64,000 bases of DNA from Deltaproteobacteria bacterium (lineage in GTDB: Bacteria; Myxococcota_A; Polyangia; JAAYKL01): NCBI GenBank assembly GCA_016935665.1, contig JAFGQN010000096.1:8841-72840 (forward strand), written 5' to 3'. The translations under genes and the position numbers were made by a program. Within the stretch, counting starts at the first letter, position 1, and every line of letters begins with the position of its first letter. Positions 58,475 to 64,000 of the stretch are shown here, one piece after another. The notes beneath the pieces are model-generated. The model was given only the letters and a program-made list of their open reading frames with translations, made no database searches and was not told the DNA's origin.

Positions 58475-59653
58475 ATGCGAACGCTGACAATTATATTGGG
58501 GATTGGGCTGATGAGTTTAGGGCACTGTTCTGTTTTTGCGCAGAATTATGTAACGATGCGCACGATGCGGCAGGTTGCCGTTTATGGCGCACCGGATAAA
58601 AGTCATCGACCTGTGGCGCGAATTCACTTCGACGCCGTGCTGGAAGTCGAGAACACCGGAAAAACAAAAGGCTGTAAAAAGGGGTGGGGACGATTAAAAA
58701 GTGGCGGATTTGTATGTCTCGCATCGCTGAAAGCGACAACTCTCGACCCTGCGCCGTCGCCTTACGATAATCCCGATGTCGACGGTGATATTGAGCGGTA
58801 TGTGGTGACCAAAGGCGGCGCTGTATCCTTTCCCAACATTAAATGGTTTGGTGAACGAAGGCCGGGATTGTTTTTGCATCGTGGAACGGTACTGGCCGTA
58901 AAAAAAACGATTGTTCGCGGGGGGACGCTGTATCTGATAACGAGAGATGGTCAGTACATCCGAGGGGACAACGTGGAGAAAATGGCGCCGATCTGGAGGC
59001 TGGGCAAAAAGATTGTTGACGGTGAACCCTTTGTTCTCGGCTATTTTATTAATGCCGATGTGGAAAGTCGCAGTGAGCCTTCCGACAGCGCCACAGTTGT
59101 GCGCAAATTTGCGAAGTTTGACGTTATTGAAGGTCATACGCTTCTTGAGAGCACAGACGGTTGGGTAAAGTTGCCCGATGATGGTTTTGTTAAGGATTCG
59201 GATTTTGCCAGAGTACGCACCCCCGTTACTTCCTTTACGCCGGCGGACGACGAAAAATGGATTGCGGTAGACCTGCAGGAACAGACTGTCGTTGGATACT
59301 TGGGGCAAAAAAGAGTGTTTGTTGCCCTTGCATCCACTGGAAAGAAAGGAAATACCGCAAGAGGGTCATATCGCGTTAAATGGAAGCGGCGACTTCAGAC
59401 AATGCGGCTGCATGGCGGCCATGTGCGCGTGGAGGATGTGCAGTGGGTGATGTATTACATACCGGAGCTGGGATTTGCTTTACATACGGCATGGCACAAT
59501 AACTTTGGCCATCCGGTCAGTCACGGTTGCGTAAATTTGCCCAGGGATGATGCGCGCTGGTTCTACGAATGGGCGACACCTACATCATACCCGTTTGAGA
59601 GTGAGGATTTTGATACGGATTTTGAAAAAGGGACCAGAGTAATTGTGTTTTGA
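58475..59653 (+). CDS. L,D-transpeptidase (YkuD) with N-terminal SH3b-like modules
   Basis: WIAVDLQEQ, STGK, ALHTAWHNNFGHPVSHGCVNL (H...HGC catalytic motif); GW..L..GGFV SH3b-like segments. Confidence 0.85.
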   Translation: MRTLTIILGIGLMSLGHCSVFAQNYVTMRTMRQVAVYGAPDKSHRPVARIHFDAVLEVENTGKTKGCKKGWGRLKSGGFVCLASLKATTLDPAPSPYDNPDVDGDIERYVVTKGGAVSFPNIKWFGERRPGLFLHRGTVLAVKKTIVRGGTLYLITRDGQYIRGDNVEKMAPIWRLGKKIVDGEPFVLGYFINADVESRSEPSDSATVVRKFAKFDVIEGHTLLESTDGWVKLPDDGFVKDSDFARVRTPVTSFTPADDEKWIAVDLQEQTVVGYLGQKRVFVALASTGKKGNTARGSYRVKWKRRLQTMRLHGGHVRVEDVQWVMYYIPELGFALHTAWHNNFGHPVSHGCVNLPRDDARWFYEWATPTSYPFESEDFDTDFEKGTRVIVF

Positions 59654-59689
59654 TCTTGTGGTGCAAGATGAATCGATTACTATTCGGCC

Positions 59690-60802
59690 ATGAAAGAACA
59701 TGTATCTTCACACGAAAAAAAACAGTTCCTGCCTGGCAATCAAAAAAAACGAGTTATCGCAATTGGCGTTGTTCTTGTTTTGGCCCTGGCGTTCAAATTT
59801 ATTTGGGGGCCAGGCGAATCCGCCGAACTTAAATCGCTGGTGTTTTCCGGGCGGACCATGGCCACAACATGGGAAGTAAAGGTGGTGGATTTCGACTTTT
59901 CCGAAAAACGAAAAGCATTGCTTGGGGAAAAGATTCAGCAGAAGCTGGCGTTTGTCAATTCCCAGATGTCCCCCTACCACGAAGGGGGAGATATTTATCG
60001 GCTGAATGCGGCAAAGGCAGGTGAGCAAATTAAGGTTCATCGCGAAGTGCTGGATGTTTTGAACAAAGCGATTGAAGTCAGCGAGCAAACCCATGGGGCA
60101 TTTGATGTAACAGTTGGACCACTGATTCGGTTGTGGGGATTCCATGACAAAAAGTCTTTAACTACCGAACCTTCGACTGCTCAGATTGCAGAAGCCAGCG
60201 CTCGAATTGGGTATAAAAATATTGTGCTGGATTATAAGAATTTATCCATCCACAAACGCATTGATGGTCTGGATGTGGACTTGTCCGCCATCGCAAAGGG
60301 GCGGGCTGTAGACATGGTTGCAGAAGTTCTGGATGCGGCCAATGAAACCAATTACATGGTGGAGGTGGGCGGAGAAATTCGCTGCAGGGGCAAAAATGAT
60401 CGCGGTCATGCCTGGCGAATCGGTATTGAAAAGCCCGCTGCACCCAATGCGCGGCAGCGCAGTGTCAATCGGGTTGTTTCATTGTCTGATATATCTCTGG
60501 CCACTTCGGGGGATTATCGCTCGTATTATATGCTGCATAATCGGAGATTTTCTCACACCATCGATCCGCGCACAGGTAGACCCGTGGCACATTCTCTGGC
60601 GTCTGTTTCGGTGTTCACCAGGGATTGTATGACAGCAGATGCGCTTGCCACGGGGTTTACTGTACTAGGCGTAAAAGAAAGCCTCCGTCTTGCTGACAAA
60701 CGGGGCATTGCTGCTTACTTTATTGAGCGAGAAGCGAATGGGTTTGCGGTGACGGCATCGAAGGCCTTTACAGCCGCTTTTGGTGAGGAGAACGATAAAT
60801 AA
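59690..60802 (+). CDS. apbE: FAD:protein FMN transferase
   Basis: GRTMAT, MS.Y, GAFDVTVGPL..LWGF, DLSAIAKG.AVD, VEVGGE, W.IGIE.P, ATSGDYR, SHTIDPRTG.P, ADALAT. Confidence 0.94.
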   Translation: MKEHVSSHEKKQFLPGNQKKRVIAIGVVLVLALAFKFIWGPGESAELKSLVFSGRTMATTWEVKVVDFDFSEKRKALLGEKIQQKLAFVNSQMSPYHEGGDIYRLNAAKAGEQIKVHREVLDVLNKAIEVSEQTHGAFDVTVGPLIRLWGFHDKKSLTTEPSTAQIAEASARIGYKNIVLDYKNLSIHKRIDGLDVDLSAIAKGRAVDMVAEVLDAANETNYMVEVGGEIRCRGKNDRGHAWRIGIEKPAAPNARQRSVNRVVSLSDISLATSGDYRSYYMLHNRRFSHTIDPRTGRPVAHSLASVSVFTRDCMTADALATGFTVLGVKESLRLADKRGIAAYFIEREANGFAVTASKAFTAAFGEENDK

Positions 60803-61059
60803 TGGCAGCGACATTTATTGTGGGAACAGTTTTTTTTGCAGTGGCAGTTTTAGCCTTGTCCATTGGTGTTATTTTTAAAAAGAAAACTCCTTTAAAAGGG
60901 CATTGCCATACCCCGGTTGACGGCAGTGCCGGATGTTCAGCCTGTGGCGACGAAAGTGGGGACAATTGTGACTCAGAGCAGATTCGGCGCGGCGATTTGG
61001 TCTCAGGAAATTTCAAGATTCAAAAGGCGCCAGAACAAAAAGTTACGCTGCTCCAATAA
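60802..61059 (+). CDS. nqrM: NqrM-like (DUF539) small Cys-containing membrane protein
   Basis: TM helix ...ALSIGVIF.K..LKG.C, then C..C....C. Directly downstream of apbE, as for nqrM. Confidence 0.62.
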   Translation: MAATFIVGTVFFAVAVLALSIGVIFKKKTPLKGHCHTPVDGSAGCSACGDESGDNCDSEQIRRGDLVSGNFKIQKAPEQKVTLLQ

Positions 61060-61104
61060 TTGATATCACATTGTCTGGTTGCAGCATTAAAGATTCCGTG
61101 GTTT

Positions 61105-61755
61105 TCAGTTGGGAACCGTAATTCCCAGCGTTAATACAAGCATCAACTCGCCGTCGTCATCGGATGACGGAATTCCAAATACCAATCGATTGCTAATCCA
61201 TACGGGGATTCGGCCATGCAGGAGAAACATGCCAATTTCGGGAGCAAACTGGAATTGCCAATGCGCAGAAGCGGATTCTTCCGATATAGCCGCGTAGACA
61301 TCCCGAACGCGCATGCCGCCTGCACCCAAAGCCAGATACGGCAACATTGTCTCCCGTTTAATAAAATAGATGTGTGCCACAAGTGACGGCATAACGAGAC
61401 GGCGTTCTTTCCAGCAGTTCAATGATGATGAACTGCCTGTATGCTCCCCAGGCAGATGACAATCCCGATGATTCATTTCCAGTAACTGCCAATTGACTTG
61501 TGGCCCAATTGAAAACCTGCGATTTATCCGAAGCTGGTAAGAGAGTGATGCACCAATGGGGGAGAATGGCGCCGTCTCTTCGAGCGTTTTCCAGAGTGGT
61601 ACCGATGAACTCCATCCCAGGGACAGATAATTTCGTTTCAACCATTTTGGAAGATTCTCTTCGTTATCTGCCCCCAGCGATACAGCCGGCAATGCGATAC
61701 TGCTCAGTACGATGACAAATGAGACAACAATGCGGTGAAGATATGCGCTTTTCAC
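61105..61755 (-). CDS. Outer membrane beta-barrel protein
   Basis: Signal peptide, PYLALGAG, F.FAPEIG; paralogous to the upstream barrel. Confidence 0.68.
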   Translation of the reverse strand: MKSAYLHRIVVSFVIVLSSIALPAVSLGADNEENLPKWLKRNYLSLGWSSSVPLWKTLEETAPFSPIGASLSYQLRINRRFSIGPQVNWQLLEMNHRDCHLPGEHTGSSSSLNCWKERRLVMPSLVAHIYFIKRETMLPYLALGAGGMRVRDVYAAISEESASAHWQFQFAPEIGMFLLHGRIPVWISNRLVFGIPSSDDDGELMLVLTLGITVPN

Positions 61756-61768
61756 AGTGTTCTGGCGT

Positions 61769-62908
61769 CTATTTCAGGAAAGCGACGCCTATATTGATGC
61801 CCATCGCCTGTTGAGCGTCAATTTCATCGGTTTTGAACGTGTACGTGTAGCGAACAGACAGATACAGCGGAACGGGAAGACTTGCCACGCGCAGACCCAC
61901 TTCGGGAGTGAAACCAAATTGCCATTTGGCTTCGCGCTGATACCACCATCCCCAATCGACAACCTGAGATGTGTAGTACGGCCCAACACTCAACCCGGCA
62001 AAGGGGACAACTTTCGCCGACTGTTTAAAAAAGTGATACTGCACCGTTGGGGTCAGTTGAATCAGATCATCCATTAAAATTCTAGTGCCATTAATGCGTG
62101 TGTTTTTATCGAGTTGAACGAGACCGGTTTTCTTCGTTTCAAATGTGTTCCAGTTGAACCCCAGCCCCACTGACAGCTGTTTGTTCAACATGAACCGATA
62201 TTCAAAACTGAATCCCTCAAAACTGAATTTATCGATGTACTTCGCGGTTTTCCCGAGGGGACGTGCCAGGTTGTATGTCACGACAAACATATGGCGTCCG
62301 GCCTCGGCCTTTTTTTGCTTATCTGTAAGCGTATCCTCTGGGACCGCAGTTGCTTTTTTTATGGCCACCGTTTTTTCCTGTACCGACGCTGTGGCAGCAT
62401 TGTCTGTCTCAGATTTTTTATCGGTTTCTTTTTTTGTAGCGTCGCTGTCTGATGACTTTGCTGGCGCCACCGCAGTTGCTGATTCAGGCGAGGTTGCCTC
62501 AGCGGCCGCAGGCACGTCCGTTTTCGCAGCTGCGTTCGCCTCTTCACTTGCTTGCGAAGATGTCTCAGGGGGGGATGACTGATTTTCACTCGATTGATCG
62601 TCGGAAGATTTCGCAGTTTCGGGAGCATCCTTCGTTGCGGCCTCTTCTGTTTTTGCGGCCTCTGTTGGGCTGTTTTGGGGTTTCGAGTCTGCTGGAGCCG
62701 TCTCGTTAACTGCTTTTTTTTCAGAAATGGCAGCATCAGATGATGTGTCTTTGGTCGTGGACTTTCCCTTTGGGGCGGCGGCAGATTTTTCGCTTTTGAC
62801 CGGCGTTGTGGTGCTGTTTTGCGCAAATGCTGTTGGTGTCATGGCAAAAATGACCGCCATAGCGAATATGGTCACTAATGTATAAGGTGAACTTTTTGCG
62901 TTTATCAT
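61769..62908 (-). CDS. Outer membrane beta-barrel protein with long A/T/S/K/E-rich N-terminal linker
   Basis: Signal peptide, about 170 aa low complexity, then YN...PLG.T..YI...SF.G..FEYR, WN.F, PFAGLSVG, FG.TPEVG, terminal GVAF. Confidence 0.72.
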   Translation of the reverse strand: MINAKSSPYTLVTIFAMAVIFAMTPTAFAQNSTTTPVKSEKSAAAPKGKSTTKDTSSDAAISEKKAVNETAPADSKPQNSPTEAAKTEEAATKDAPETAKSSDDQSSENQSSPPETSSQASEEANAAAKTDVPAAAEATSPESATAVAPAKSSDSDATKKETDKKSETDNAATASVQEKTVAIKKATAVPEDTLTDKQKKAEAGRHMFVVTYNLARPLGKTAKYIDKFSFEGFSFEYRFMLNKQLSVGLGFNWNTFETKKTGLVQLDKNTRINGTRILMDDLIQLTPTVQYHFFKQSAKVVPFAGLSVGPYYTSQVVDWGWWYQREAKWQFGFTPEVGLRVASLPVPLYLSVRYTYTFKTDEIDAQQAMGINIGVAFLK

Positions 62909-63585
62909 TTTTCACCTCCCACACTCGTTGCTGCTTTTATGTATGGTGACTGAGCAAAAGCTTTTTTAATCCCGGAAGCGATGGTTTGAGCGGTCATATC
63001 GGAATATGAGCCATGGATGCCCGCTGACCACAGTGCATAGAACAACTGCGGACGATCTTTAACGCGCACCGACGGACTGACCATGGTGAGAATCACTGAG
63101 TGTATGTCATACTCCATCTCCACCGGGGGGCCAGGATAGTAAACAGTCTGGTTGTTAAAACTTTCGAAACGAACCAGACCTTCATAACCCCAGGGTTCAG
63201 CCAGAAGTGCCGCAATAACAATCACATCAGGTGAAGGCGTCTCTCCTGTTGTTTCGTCCGCGAGACTCTCGACGTTCACAAGGCCGCGCGCATTCAATTG
63301 TGCTTCCACTGTGGCAAGTATCGATTCGTCTCGCGTATGGTCCATTGTGTCCAGAGGCTCGGGTTTCTCCTTTGAACGCCTCATCAGCTCATCCACCGTT
63401 GCAACCAGCTGATATGTACGAATATTGCTGAAATCGTATACGTCCTCATCGATTCGAACAGTTACCACCGAACGATAATCCGCTGCTGTGCCAAAGACTT
63501 CTCTCGTGCAGGCGCCTGGAACACATGTCCACAAAATGAGAATGGATACACCCATAAATCTAATTTTATTTCTGTTTTTCATCAT
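62905..63585 (-). CDS. DUF4136-like lipoprotein
   Basis: Lipobox PGAC, YDFS..RTY, I...VE.QL.ARG, PDV, Y....V.LTMV, W.A, I..GI.KAFAQSPYI. Confidence 0.7.
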   Translation of the reverse strand: MMKNRNKIRFMGVSILILWTCVPGACTREVFGTAADYRSVVTVRIDEDVYDFSNIRTYQLVATVDELMRRSKEKPEPLDTMDHTRDESILATVEAQLNARGLVNVESLADETTGETPSPDVIVIAALLAEPWGYEGLVRFESFNNQTVYYPGPPVEMEYDIHSVILTMVSPSVRVKDRPQLFYALWSAGIHGSYSDMTAQTIASGIKKAFAQSPYIKAATSVGGEK

Positions 63586-63836
63586 GGGCTGAATTATGGT
63601 GAAACTGAACGAATCGTCAATAGGTAGTCGAGATTTTCGTATTGAAGAAAATCAATTTTTACGTGCCTGCCGGCAGGTACTCGCCAAACGCCAATGATCC
63701 ATAATTGTTAACCAAAATCGACTAATTGCCTTATAAGCACTTGTGATTATCTGATGGGAAGGTAAACTGTCTTCTCAAAAATGAAATCAACATGAACTGC
63801 ACAAGTTGCATTAAATCCTTGTAAGGGAGGAGCAAA

Positions 63837-64000
63837 ATGAAACAGTTTTTTATTGTGGCATGTATTTTATCTCTGGCGGCGACTGGATGTGTAAAGAAGA
63901 GCCTTTACGAAGATTCGACAGCGCAGTTGAATGCAACAAAAGCGGAGTTGGCCGACTCCCAGAAACAAACTATCGAACTGGCTGATGCACTGGACAAGGA
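63837..64000 (+). CDS. Coiled-coil lipoprotein, probably OmpA/MotB family (N-terminal part; runs off the window edge)
   Basis: Manual translation MKQFFIVACILSLAATGCVKKSLYEDSTAQLNATKAELADSQKQTIELADALDK; GGAGGAG RBS; GCV.K..Y start like 57614. The OmpA domain lies outside the window. Confidence 0.6.
   Translation, partial: MKQFFIVACILSLAATGCVKKSLYEDSTAQLNATKAELADSQKQTIELADALDK

Overview
A gene-dense chromosomal window from a diderm bacterium. Cys-rich and Asp/Thr-linker lipoproteins, GYF_2 membrane proteins and MotB-like lipoproteins suggest a Myxococcota/deltaproteobacterial lineage (inference). From left to right: (1) a Bacteroidota-style glycogen operon (GH133 debranching enzyme, GT4, GH57, and a GT3 glycogen synthase-glycogen phosphorylase fusion) running into a truncated response regulator; (2) xerD, HU, tadA, a YgiQ radical SAM and an alpha/beta hydrolase; (3) a glycosylation locus with a GT-B-like gene, a HAD hydrolase, a Maf glycosyltransferase and a very unusual 1115-aa sugar-ABC-permease/GT-C (PMT-like)/DUF2141 triple fusion; (4) duplicated GYF_2 genes around ygjP, followed by envelope lipoproteins and porins; (5) a cobalamin-riboswitch-controlled 13-gene corrinoid uptake, salvage and remodelling operon (btuB, beta-propeller lipoprotein, cbiR, cobU, cobT, cobS, cobQ, cobD, cbiB, two btuF, btuD, btuC); (6) an ECF sigma, a CBM-like anti-sigma and a secreted paralog of its sensor domain; (7) MoeB/ThiF, MotB/OmpA, an L,D-transpeptidase, apbE-nqrM and a DUF4136/beta-barrel trio. 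I saw no rRNA, tRNA, CRISPR array or transposase. The best novelty candidates are the permease-GT-C-DUF2141 fusion next to Maf and the ECF/CBM sensing module. All family calls come from motif recognition by eye, not database searches.
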